A stretch of 24,000 nucleotides of DNA, taken from assembly GCA_001510645.1 (NCBI GenBank), contig LMVB01000001.1:1144436-1168435 (forward strand). The letters run 5' to 3'. Under the pieces are notes generated by a model, which ran no database searches, was not told the origin of the DNA, and was given only the letters and a program-made list of their open reading frames with translations. A program made the position numbers and the translations under genes. The number at the start of each line of letters is the position of its first letter. Positions within the stretch are counted from its first letter, which is position 1. Below, piece after piece: positions 1 through 8,078 of this stretch. This stretch comes from Paenibacillus sp. FJAT-29882. GTDB lineage: Bacteria; Bacillota; Bacilli; Bacillales; DSM-1321.

Positions 1-354
1 TCTGTTATTGTTGACGTAGCTGTTGACCAAGGTGGTTCGATCGAAACGATTGATCGAATTACGACACATAATAACCCAACTTATGTAAAGCATGGTGTTG
101 TCCATTATGCGGTTGCTAATATGCCGGGAGCTGTTTCTCGTACTTCTACGATTGCCTTAACGAATGCAACCGTACCTTATGGAGTAGAAATTGCAACGAA
201 AGGTTACAGGCAGGCTGCTCTTAATAATAAGCCTTTAGCTAAAGGGATTAATGTTGTCAATGGTAAGGTAACGTATGAAGCGGTGGCCATTGCTCATGGT
301 CACGATTACCATTCTCTCGATTCTGTTTTTTCCAAGGACCCTGTTACGACCTAG
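1..354 (+). CDS. ald: Alanine dehydrogenase, C-terminal 117 codons (5' end lies upstream of the window)
   Basis: Frame 1 is open from base 1 to TAG at 352-354. The translation [45 protein letters not shown]... is the conserved C-terminal segment of L-alanine dehydrogenases. ORF-track entry 121..354 covers only the part after an internal Met. Confidence 0.9.
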   Translation, partial: SVIVDVAVDQGGSIETIDRITTHNNPTYVKHGVVHYAVANMPGAVSRTSTIALTNATVPYGVEIATKGYRQAALNNKPLAKGINVVNGKVTYEAVAIAHGHDYHSLDSVFSKDPVTT

Positions 355-409
355 GAAACTACATGATTTCTGCTAAGTGTATCTTACTAAATATGAGGAG
401 GGTTCTATA

Positions 410-1768
410 TTGAAGATAGAAACTGAAATGAAAGACCTCGTCCAAATGGATAAAGATCATTTATGGCATGCGATGCATCGATATAACGAAAAGGCAAGTC
501 CTATGATTGCAGCAGAAGGCAAAGGCTCTTGGTTTACCGATACAAAAGGCGATAAATATTTGGATGGAGTATCTGGATTATGGTGCTTGAATTTAGGGCA
601 TGGCAGACAAGAAATCGCTCAAGCAGCTTATGAACAAATGATGAATTTATCATATTTCCCACTTACCTTAAGCCATAAACCTGCTATTGAACTGTCTTCT
701 AAAATAAGTGAACTTCTAAAAGGTTCATACACGACTTTTTTCGCTAACAGTGGATCTGAAGCTAATGAAACGGCTTTTAAAATTGCTCGGCAATACCATT
801 CACAAAATGGGAATCCGGGGAAATACAAATTTATCTCTAGATATCGTGCTTATCATGGCAATACCTTTGCTGCATTAAGTGCAACTGCTCAGGCGAATCG
901 AAGAGTAAAGTATGATCCAGCCGTTCCGGGCTTTCTCCATGTGCCACCACCTTATAGTTATCGAAGCCCATTTGGAGAAAATGTTGAGAATTCTGACTTG
1001 TTAGCAGCAGAATATATAGACCAGGTTATTAATTTTGAAGGCTCAGAAACGGTAGCAGGCGTTATTCTTGAACCATTCATTTCTGGAGGGGGAGTACTGA
1101 TTCCATCTAAGGAATACTTGACAAGGGTAGCGGAAATTTGTAAAAAGCACGATGTTCTTTTAATTGTAGATGAAGTGGTTTCAGGTTTTGGCAGAACAGG
1201 GAAAATGTTTGGATTTATGCATTCCCAAGAGGTTCAACCTGATATCGTAACAATGGCGAAGGGATTAACAAGCGGTTATCTTCCACTGGGGGCAACAGCT
1301 GTAAACGCTCAGATTTATGAGAAATTTAAGGAGAACGGAAAATTAAATCATTTTAGACATGTTTCTACTTACGGAGGTCATCCTGCATCGTGTGCTGTTG
1401 CCCTCAAGAATATTGAAATAATCGAAAATGAAAAGATTGTTCAGCGGGTATCTGAACTTAGTGAATCCACATTAAGTGAACTCTATGAGTTAACAGCTCT
1501 TAACAAAGTAGGAGAAGTTCGTGGAATTGGGTTTCTGTATGGAATTGAATTAGTAGAGGATAAAAAATCAAAAGCACCTGTCTCAGACGAGTTTATGGGA
1601 AGAGTTATCGGGGCTTGTAAAGAAAAAGGCCTTATTATTGGCCGAAACGGTGACACAGTTCCTGGATATGGGAATGTATTAATCATTGCTCCTCCACTCT
1701 CTTCCACAGTTGAAGATTTGCGCTTTGTTATAGAAACTGTTAAGGCTGTGTTGCATGAATTGTGCTAA
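410..1768 (+). CDS. Class-III PLP-dependent aminotransferase (omega-amino acid:pyruvate, or beta-alanine/taurine-pyruvate aminotransferase-like)
   Basis: The protein has class-III hallmarks: LDGVSGLWCLNLGHGR, FFANSGSEANETAFKIAR, DEVVSGFGRTGKMFG, and the TMAKGLTSGY lysine motif. Its length is about 450 aa. The start is moved from GTG 377 to TTG 410, which sits 8 nt after GAGGAGG (395-401). ATG 428 is an alternative but has no SD. A 55-nt gap after ald with no terminator suggests co-transcription. Confidence 0.85.
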   Translation: MKIETEMKDLVQMDKDHLWHAMHRYNEKASPMIAAEGKGSWFTDTKGDKYLDGVSGLWCLNLGHGRQEIAQAAYEQMMNLSYFPLTLSHKPAIELSSKISELLKGSYTTFFANSGSEANETAFKIARQYHSQNGNPGKYKFISRYRAYHGNTFAALSATAQANRRVKYDPAVPGFLHVPPPYSYRSPFGENVENSDLLAAEYIDQVINFEGSETVAGVILEPFISGGGVLIPSKEYLTRVAEICKKHDVLLIVDEVVSGFGRTGKMFGFMHSQEVQPDIVTMAKGLTSGYLPLGATAVNAQIYEKFKENGKLNHFRHVSTYGGHPASCAVALKNIEIIENEKIVQRVSELSESTLSELYELTALNKVGEVRGIGFLYGIELVEDKKSKAPVSDEFMGRVIGACKEKGLIIGRNGDTVPGYGNVLIIAPPLSSTVEDLRFVIETVKAVLHELC

Positions 1769-1844
1769 CAAATAAGAGAAAGAGATTATTGTTAATCAGG
1801 TTGAATCGATTAAATATCCCAATTGTTCACGATTAAAATAGGAT

Positions 1845-1888
1845 GGGCATGAGTAGTCTGGATAATTTGACAACCATGCCCGTTTTTT
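1845..1888 (+). terminator. Putative rho-independent terminator after the aminotransferase gene
   Basis: GGGCATG (1845-1851) pairs with CATGCCC (1875-1881) and is followed by GTTTTTT. The loop is unusually large (23 nt), so confidence is modest. Confidence 0.4.
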
Positions 1889-1946
1889 ATTTCAAAGCTG
1901 ATCAAGCTAGTGTTAATACTAGGATGTAGCAAGGAGGGAATTGTAA

Positions 1947-3023
1947 ATGGAATTAGAAAAATATAAGCCTCTTGAGGAAACGAGTGAGGTTTCCAAAGTC
2001 GAAAATTCAAAATTACCTGTTCAAGAAAAGAAATCAAGTTTGCTTATGTGGGTTAGTGGTATTGCTTTTACATTTTTTATCGCGCTCTTAGGTTTCGGGT
2101 TGTCTAAAATTACCGGATTTAATCGGATAGGGCCGCTTGCATGCTCCATTATTATTGCGGTGGTGTATCGACAAATCGCAGGGTATCCGGAGAAATTTCG
2201 TCCGGGTATTGAATTTTCAGCTAAAAAGCTTCTTCGTTTTGCCATCATTTTATATGGACTGAAATTAAACATTGACATCATTTTTAATCAAGGCCTACCT
2301 CTGTTGGTTCGTGACATAGGAACGGTGGCTTTTGCTATTATTGTCATGGTTTTGATTGCAAAATGGTTAAAAGCTGATGCTTCAATTTCCCTTCTTCTCG
2401 CGGTAGGAACCGGGGTGTGTGGTGCAGCTGCTATCGCGGCGATATCTCCTATTGTGAAAGCGAAAGAAGAAGATACCGCCATAGGAGTGGGAATCATCGC
2501 ATTAATGGGGACACTCTTTTCCATTATTTATACTCTGATACGTCCAATCCTTCCAATATCCGCTATAGATTACGGAGTTTGGTCGGGAATAAGTCTCCAT
2601 GAAATTGCTCATGTCGCTTTGGCGGGTGCTCCTGCGGGAGAGGATGCGCTTGCTATTGCGTTACTGGCTAAACTTGGACGCGTCTTCTTACTAATCCCAT
2701 TGTGCTTCCTATTTATGTATTGGATGAAAAGACGCTCGTCGGAAAATACAGGTCTAGATGCAAAAATTGCTTTTCCATGGTTCCTCATTGGATTTATTAT
2801 CATGAGCTTAATTGGAAGCTATGTGCTAGGCAAGTATATCCCAGTTTCTCAAATGGTGATGGAGGGTGTCTCTACTACGACTACATTTATTTTGACAATG
2901 GCCATGATTGGTCTCGGTCTTAATGTCAGTTTTCAGGCTCTTCGTACAAAAGCCATGCGTCCTCTTTTGGCAATGACCATTACCTCTTTGCTACTTTCTG
3001 TAATCACGTACTTTATCATCTAA
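1947..3023 (+). CDS. YeiH/UPF0324 (putative sulfate exporter, PSE family) integral membrane protein
   Basis: This is a 358-aa polytopic membrane protein. Its motifs are typical of the YeiH family: GVCGAAAIAA, LHEIAHV, and a GLGLN-containing C-terminal half. AAGGAGGG (1931-1938) lies 8 nt upstream of the ATG. Confidence 0.85.
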   Translation: MELEKYKPLEETSEVSKVENSKLPVQEKKSSLLMWVSGIAFTFFIALLGFGLSKITGFNRIGPLACSIIIAVVYRQIAGYPEKFRPGIEFSAKKLLRFAIILYGLKLNIDIIFNQGLPLLVRDIGTVAFAIIVMVLIAKWLKADASISLLLAVGTGVCGAAAIAAISPIVKAKEEDTAIGVGIIALMGTLFSIIYTLIRPILPISAIDYGVWSGISLHEIAHVALAGAPAGEDALAIALLAKLGRVFLLIPLCFLFMYWMKRRSSENTGLDAKIAFPWFLIGFIIMSLIGSYVLGKYIPVSQMVMEGVSTTTTFILTMAMIGLGLNVSFQALRTKAMRPLLAMTITSLLLSVITYFII

Positions 3024-3036
3024 AGGAGAGAAAATG

Positions 3037-3073
3037 GGAGGCCTTTTAAAGTTGAGAAAGGGCTCCTTCTTTG
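3037..3073 (+). terminator. Putative terminator after the YeiH-family gene
   Basis: GGAGGCCTTT (3037-3046) pairs with AAAGGGCTCC (3057-3066) with one mismatch. The stem is followed by TTCTTTGTT. Confidence 0.4.
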
Positions 3074-3266
3074 TTACCTATAAAATAAATTACTATTCGT
3101 GGCGATTGTCTGATCCTTGTCAAGATCATACGTATTTTTTCTCATGTTTTAGCATTGTATGGCATAATGCTTTACTTAATAGTAGAAAAGGTGAGTAATA
3201 AACTAAAGATAAGGCGAACACCGATCAGTTAATAAATGTTTGATTATTTGAAAAAAAGTGATCTAT

Positions 3267-3295
3267 TTGAATATTATTAAAATTTAGTTTATAAT
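3267..3295 (+). promoter_or_regulatory. Sigma-A-type promoter for the GntR gene
   Basis: TTGAAT (3267-3272), a 17-nt spacer, then TATAAT (3290-3295). It lies about 50 nt upstream of ATG 3348, which has GGAGG at 3336-3340. Confidence 0.45.
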
Positions 3296-3347
3296 ATGGT
3301 GACTGATACGAACATCACAATGTCTTTTTAGACTTGGAGGAATTTTT

Positions 3348-4058
3348 ATGGAGTTAGACTTTAACAATCCAATTCCATTACATGCTCAATTAAAAAATAT
3401 ATTAGAAGATCAAATTTTACAAGGGTATTATAAGGACAAAATCCCAAGTGAAAGAGAACTTATGGATATGTATTCTGTTAGCAGGAGCACTGTAAGAGAA
3501 GCGGTTTCTATTTTAGTTCGCGAGGGAAGATTAGAAAAAAGGCATGGTAAGGGAACATTCATATCTCTTAAACCAGTACAAGAATGGCTTAAAATGATTA
3601 GTTTTACTGAGACTACTAAAAATATGGGGATAAAATTACTAAACCATGGTCGTGTAGTAACTCCTGAAAATATCGCCGATGCAAATGGGTTTGAGGATGA
3701 GTCTTACTCTATTAAGAGGCTACGCTTACAGGATGATATACCAATCGCGATCGAATTACATTATTATCCTAAAGAACTTGGACAAAAAATAGCAGAATTT
3801 GATTTAAGTACGACTGTTTTATACGATGCTCTCGAAGGTGAACTTAACATTGACTTTTATGAAGCAGAACAAATAATAACGTGCGGTTATCCAACAAAGG
3901 AAGATGCTGAACATTTAGCAATACCCGATACAATGTGCTTGTTAATTACAGAACGTATGATTTATGACTCTGATGGAAACATGGTGGAATATTATAAAGG
4001 GTTATTTCGATCAGATATGTATTCATTTGCTATGAAAATGTCTCGCAAGAACAACTAA
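3348..4058 (+). CDS. GntR-family transcriptional regulator, HutC subfamily (winged HTH plus UTRA effector domain)
   Basis: The N-terminus IPSERELMDMYSVSRSTVREAVSILVREGRLEKRHGKGTFI is the canonical GntR wHTH. The roughly 150-aa C-terminus is of UTRA type. The SD is strong. The gene is very AT-rich. Confidence 0.9.
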   Translation: MELDFNNPIPLHAQLKNILEDQILQGYYKDKIPSERELMDMYSVSRSTVREAVSILVREGRLEKRHGKGTFISLKPVQEWLKMISFTETTKNMGIKLLNHGRVVTPENIADANGFEDESYSIKRLRLQDDIPIAIELHYYPKELGQKIAEFDLSTTVLYDALEGELNIDFYEAEQIITCGYPTKEDAEHLAIPDTMCLLITERMIYDSDGNMVEYYKGLFRSDMYSFAMKMSRKNN

Positions 4059-4105
4059 CGATCTTATCAAATCAAAACAAGTAAACGTATTATCGGCCAC
4101 ATTAA

Positions 4106-4152
4106 ATAATCCAAGTCTTCTATGTTCGTAGAGAGGCTTGGATTATTTGTTT
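4106..4152 (+). terminator. Rho-independent terminator after the GntR gene
   Basis: ATAATCCAAG (4106-4115) pairs with CTTGGATTAT (4137-4146), followed by TTGTTT. Confidence 0.55.
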
Positions 4153-4297
4153 CCTAAAATATGTGCTTTATACTGTTCAAAGAGTCCAATATGGGATAAG
4201 ACTTTTTGGATCGAAAAATAGAAACCTGTTTAAAGCTAGAATTAATACTCATGGTAATGCTTTTACTTTTAATTTAAATCAGAAGGTGGCAGTTGTT

Positions 4298-4876
4298 ATG
4301 AGGGATATAATAAAAATAATTGTAGGAAATATTTTGATGACTTTCGCTTATGCCTACTTAATTGTGCCAAATGAAATTATTAATGGTGGTGTGACAAGTT
4401 CCGCGTTACTATTAAATGCTTTATCTGGCTATAACATTGCCATGCTTGCTAATTTCGTAACAGGACTTTTATTAATTATATGTTTAATTTTTCTAGGAAA
4501 AGAATACTTTTTTAAATCGATAGTAAGTAGCCTTTGTTATATGTTGTTTTTTAACCTTTTTTATTCACTGAATATAAGCTTAGATGTAAACATAGTTATA
4601 GTAATTATCATTTCTTCGATTTTGATCGCATTTGGATACTATTTATGTATAACAGCAAATGCATCCACTGTTGGGTTTGATGTTATCGCTCTCATTTTAA
4701 ATCATAAAAATAAAAAAGTAGATATAGCAGTGACAATAAGAATTATTAACCTTATTGTCCTATTATTTGGTCTGTTCGTTTATGGTTATCATTCGATTAT
4801 TAAGGGAGTTGCTTATACGTTCCTCTTTTCGTTCCTCTTAAAGAAAATGCTGAATAGAAAACAGAAGAGTTTATAG
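4298..4876 (+). CDS. YitT-family-like membrane protein (membrane domain only, no DUF2179 tail)
   Basis: This is a 192-aa protein with 5-6 predicted TM segments. It carries the two YitT-type motifs: PNEIINGGVTSSALLLN and ASTVGFDVIALILNHK. The start is moved from 4163 to ATG 4298, which is preceded by AGAAGGTGG (4281-4289). The 45 extra track codons are hydrophilic leader sequence with no SD. Confidence 0.6.
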   Translation: MRDIIKIIVGNILMTFAYAYLIVPNEIINGGVTSSALLLNALSGYNIAMLANFVTGLLLIICLIFLGKEYFFKSIVSSLCYMLFFNLFYSLNISLDVNIVIVIIISSILIAFGYYLCITANASTVGFDVIALILNHKNKKVDIAVTIRIINLIVLLFGLFVYGYHSIIKGVAYTFLFSFLLKKMLNRKQKSL

Positions 4877-4986
4877 GGCGGTTGCACTATTCATCATAGG
4901 AAAGAAACGTATGCAAAGAGTGTAGTCAATGATCTTTTCATAAAATTTCCGTATTGTAGAGGGAGGCCAGAGGAGATATGAGGGGA

Positions 4987-5015
4987 GTGACAACTTACCT
5001 AACAAAGGCTATAAT
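4987..5015 (+). promoter_or_regulatory. Sigma-A-type promoter for metNIQ
   Basis: GTGACA (4987-4992), a 17-nt spacer, then TATAAT (5010-5015). This predicts a leader of only about 58 nt before GTG 5080. Confidence 0.45.
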
Positions 5016-5079
5016 AATAATTTGGATAGAAGCCATACATAGAGAAAACAAGATAGATGGATAGAAAGGAACGTGCACG

Positions 5080-5841
5080 GTGATTTCTTTACATAATGTA
5101 AGTAAAAGCTATCAGCAGCACCAATCAATTTTGCAAGCAGTGCACTTGGTTTCGCTAAACATTGATAAAGGTGAAATTCATGGTGTGATTGGTGCGAGTG
5201 GTGCGGGTAAATCAACATTGCTTCGTTTAATGAATGTCCTGGAAACACCTGACGAAGGAACGGTTATGGTCAATAATCAAACGTTAACGACATTATCAAA
5301 CCGTAAACTTCGTGAAGCAAGGCGATCGATTGGCATGATTTTTCAGCATTTTAATCTTGTTGCAAACAAGACAGTATTCGATAATGTTGCAGTCCCACTT
5401 GAATTAGCTAGCTATTCAAAAAAGGCCAAGGTAGAACGAGTAAAAGAATGTTTGGAATTTGTCGGGCTTCGGGATAAAGCCCATCAATATCCAGCACAGT
5501 TAAGCGGTGGACAAAAGCAGCGGGTGGCGATCGCAAGAGCTCTTGCGAACCGACCAGCTGTTTTGTTATGCGATGAACCTACTTCTGCCTTGGATCCACA
5601 GACAACAGCAGGGATTCTGGACGTATTGCAAACAGTGAACAAAGAATTGGGTGTAACGATTGTCATCGTCAGCCATGAAATGGATGTCGTGAAAAGTATT
5701 TGCGATAAAGTCACGGTTATGGAAAGTGGAGAAATACTGAAAACAGTTTCAATTGAACCCCAAGCGTACGTCATTCCTAAAAATGATCCAAAATGGTTTC
5801 TGCAGCAACTAACAGAAAAAGAGAGGAATTCGAATGCCTGA
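5080..5841 (+). CDS. metN: Methionine-type ABC transporter ATP-binding protein, short form without the C-terminal NIL domain
   Basis: Walker A is GASGAGKST, the signature is [15 protein letters not shown], and Walker B is [11 protein letters not shown]. MetN-type features include TLLRLMN and DPQTT. The gene is followed by MetI and MetQ genes. It is only 253 aa, and its stop overlaps the metI start by 8 nt. Confidence 0.85.
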   Translation: MISLHNVSKSYQQHQSILQAVHLVSLNIDKGEIHGVIGASGAGKSTLLRLMNVLETPDEGTVMVNNQTLTTLSNRKLREARRSIGMIFQHFNLVANKTVFDNVAVPLELASYSKKAKVERVKECLEFVGLRDKAHQYPAQLSGGQKQRVAIARALANRPAVLLCDEPTSALDPQTTAGILDVLQTVNKELGVTIVIVSHEMDVVKSICDKVTVMESGEILKTVSIEPQAYVIPKNDPKWFLQQLTEKERNSNA

Positions 5842-6496
5842 AATTATTTTAAAGTATCAAGCTGAAATCTGGCAGTCGATTGGAGAAACATTTGTCATGG
5901 TTGGGATATCTATCATTGCTGCTCTCTTGATCGGATTACCGATTGGAACATTGCTCTATCTTTGTCGAAAAGGACAATTGCTTGAAAATCGAGCCTTATA
6001 TTCCAGTTTGAACGTATTTGTTAATATTGTTCGTTCGTTCCCGTTTTTATTGCTCGTCGTCTTTTTAATTCCTTTTACAAGGTTTATTGTTGGAACAGCA
6101 ATCGGTACAATGGCCGCGACCATCCCACTCTCTATAATGGCTATCGCCTATTACTCAAGATTAGTGGAACAGGCCCTTCTTGAAGTTCCGCGCGGTATCA
6201 TTGAATCAGCTGTTTCAATGGGAGCTTCAGTCCCAGAAATTATCTTTAAGTTTTTGTTCTTGGAAGCACGTTCAGGTCTTATACTCGGATTAACAACGTC
6301 AACGATTAGTTTTATATCCTATTCAACCGTAATGGGCATTGTCGGCGGAGGCGGAGTTGGTGATTTTGCGATTCGATATGGCTATCAGCGCTTTGAGACC
6401 GAGTTAATGATTTATATGATTATCATTATGATTTTTTTAGTACAAACGATTCAGTTTACAGGAACGACCATCGCCAAAAAATTGGACAAACGATAA
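5834..6496 (+). CDS. metI: Methionine ABC transporter permease
   Basis: This 220-aa, 5-TM permease has a MetI-type EAA loop region (EVPRGIIESAVSMGAS). GAGAGG lies 7 nt upstream. It is translationally coupled to metN. Confidence 0.85.
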   Translation: MPEIILKYQAEIWQSIGETFVMVGISIIAALLIGLPIGTLLYLCRKGQLLENRALYSSLNVFVNIVRSFPFLLLVVFLIPFTRFIVGTAIGTMAATIPLSIMAIAYYSRLVEQALLEVPRGIIESAVSMGASVPEIIFKFLFLEARSGLILGLTTSTISFISYSTVMGIVGGGGVGDFAIRYGYQRFETELMIYMIIIMIFLVQTIQFTGTTIAKKLDKR

Positions 6497-6500
6497 GTGA

Positions 6501-6547
6501 AACTAACCATCAGTGGGGAGTTTTTTCATCCCGACTGATGGTTAGTT
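6501..6547 (+). other. Perfect 14-bp intercistronic stem-loop between metI and metQ
   Basis: AACTAACCATCAGT (6501-6514) pairs with ACTGATGGTTAGTT (6534-6547) across a 19-nt loop. No U-tract follows the stem. Confidence 0.6.
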
Positions 6548-6585
6548 AAACCGGGATAAAATAACAGATTGAGAGGTAATCAATT

Positions 6586-7398
6586 ATGAAAAAAATCATC
6601 ACGCTTTTAGTACTAACCATGTTTGTATTGGCCGGCTGTAGCGACAAGGCTGAACCTGCTCCAGGAGAAAAGAAAGTAGTGAATTTAAAAGTAGCTACAT
6701 TGATTCCGCCTATGACGGATATGTTGGAAATTGTAAAACCTTTGATGAAAGAAGAAGGAATTAATCTAGACATCGTGGTTCTTGGTGATAATGTGCAACC
6801 GAATAATGCCCTTGCTAACAAGGAAGTCGACGTAAACTTTTTCCAGCATGTTCCCTTTATGGAACAGTACAATGAAAGCAATGACACAGATTTAGTTCTT
6901 GTAAAGCCTATTTATCATGCCATTTTTGGGGCTTATTCAAAACGTTATAAAAGCATGGAAGAGCTGCCAGAAGGTGCAACAATCGCTATTCCGAATGATC
7001 CGATAAATACTGCTCGTTCACTCATCATGTTTGCCGATCAAGGAATTATTAAGTTGAAAGAAGGCGTAGGACTTAAAGCGACCCAAGCCGATATAGTGGA
7101 AAATGAGAAAAACTACAAATTTGAAGAAGTGGACTTGCTCATGCTTGCTAGGATGATGGATGATGCTGATCTCGTTACCTTATACCCGTCCTATGCCGCT
7201 CCGCTTGGCTTAACGCCAAGTAAAGATGCGTTATTGACAGAAACTGTGGACTCAGAGTTTGCGATCTCATTAATCGCCCGTTCTGACAATGCGGAATCAG
7301 AAGCCATCCAGACATTAGCTGAAAAATTGACTGGACCTGAAATTAAGAAATTTTTAGAGGAAGATTACGCAGAAACGGCTTTACCTGCATTTGAATAA
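6586..7398 (+). CDS. metQ: MetQ/NlpA-family methionine-binding lipoprotein
   Basis: The signal peptide has the lipobox LAGC (MKKIITLLVLTMFVLAGCS). The body is NlpA-family (NFFQHVPF, PNDPINTARSL). GAGAGG lies 9 nt upstream of the start. Confidence 0.85.
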   Translation: MKKIITLLVLTMFVLAGCSDKAEPAPGEKKVVNLKVATLIPPMTDMLEIVKPLMKEEGINLDIVVLGDNVQPNNALANKEVDVNFFQHVPFMEQYNESNDTDLVLVKPIYHAIFGAYSKRYKSMEELPEGATIAIPNDPINTARSLIMFADQGIIKLKEGVGLKATQADIVENEKNYKFEEVDLLMLARMMDDADLVTLYPSYAAPLGLTPSKDALLTETVDSEFAISLIARSDNAESEAIQTLAEKLTGPEIKKFLEEDYAETALPAFE

Positions 7399-7414
7399 AA
7401 CTAATTAGTCATTT

Positions 7415-7449
7415 GAAAAGCTGTTGATCTATACATCAACAGCTTTTTT
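7415..7449 (+). terminator. Rho-independent terminator of metNIQ
   Basis: GAAAAGCTGTTGAT, a CTATAC loop, then ATCAACAGCTTTTTT. Confidence 0.8.
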
Positions 7450-7715
7450 AGTTGAGAGCAATCTATTTGGCAATAAAGTTCACAAATTGTTCATAGCTTT
7501 TTGTAAGCGCTTATATTATAATTATAATTAAGATATCGATATAACTTTTTACTTTAATCTATTAGAAAAAAGAAAAAGTTCCCCTTTTAGAAGGAGAGAC
7601 AAAGTATCTTTGTTAATTGTTGAAAACGCATACATTTTCTTTATGAAAATAACATAAACTTTTAGAGCGTAATTAAAACTTTATTAATAAACTAGACATC
7701 TAAGGAGGCTATATC

Positions 7716-7883
7716 ATGAAAGATTATATTTTTATCTTGGATAATCAAATAGAAGCAGAAGAAATAATTATAGAAGCTAGTGGAATGATGGATGCATTTA
7801 TGAAGGCCAAGGAGTTGCAAAGAAAGAAGAAAATCGATAAAAAATCAAACGTGAACTTATTATTTAAAGGGATTAGTTATTAA
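7716..7883 (+). CDS. Hypothetical 55-aa protein (below the ORF-track size cutoff)
   Basis: AAGGAGG (7702-7708) sits exactly 7 nt before ATG 7716. The frame is open to TAA at 7881-7883. Translation: MKDYIFILDNQIEAEEIIIEASGMMDAFMKAKELQRKKKIDKKSNVNLLFKGISY. A strong hairpin follows at 7943-7984. I recognise no family. Confidence 0.45.
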   Translation: MKDYIFILDNQIEAEEIIIEASGMMDAFMKAKELQRKKKIDKKSNVNLLFKGISY

Positions 7884-7942
7884 ATTAAGATGTAGTCTAT
7901 GATTTGATAGTAGATCACAGTAACGGATTTATTTCGAATAGT

Positions 7943-7984
7943 AAGGCGACAAATCTTGGAATGCTTTTTAAGATTTGTCGCCTT
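7943..7984. terminator. 15-bp perfect hairpin between the 55-aa ORF (+) and the AEC gene (-), possibly a bidirectional terminator
   Basis: AAGGCGACAAATCTT (7943-7957) pairs with AAGATTTGTCGCCTT (7970-7984). The flanking T/A runs are weak on both strands. Confidence 0.5.
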
Positions 7985-8078
7985 AAATTTAGACTGTATC
8001 TATTAACTTTTATTGGGATTCTAGCTTGTTAACCCCGAATAATATTAGAATGATAAAAATATTCTCATCGTTTTCAAC

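Noticed and set aside
3296-3322. A possible GntR operator, TGAT-ACGAAC-ATCA flanked by GTGA/TCAC, just downstream of the gntR -10 element.
   Set aside because: The arms are only 4 bp long and do not extend. This is too weak to distinguish from chance in AT-rich sequence.
4163-4297. N-terminal extensions in the ORF track. Here that is 45 codons; similar extensions occur at 377-409, 11921-11935, 12786-12839, 14314-14370, 15370-15390, 18453-18494 and 21972-22034 (minus strand).
   Set aside because: In each case an internal ATG or TTG is preceded by a good SD at 5-10 nt. The extra codons overlap the RBS, a hairpin or leader sequence, and disrupt an otherwise canonical signal peptide or N-terminus.
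4877-5079. A possible SAM-I (S-box) riboswitch or T-box upstream of metN. The purine-rich stretch GTAGAGGGAGGCCAGAGGAGATATGAGGGGAG superficially recalls the S-box AGAGGGA core.
   Set aside because: The remaining conserved S-box blocks, the helices and a terminator/antiterminator pair are absent. The best promoter match lies downstream of that stretch, leaving only a leader of about 58 nt. The absence is reported as a finding instead.
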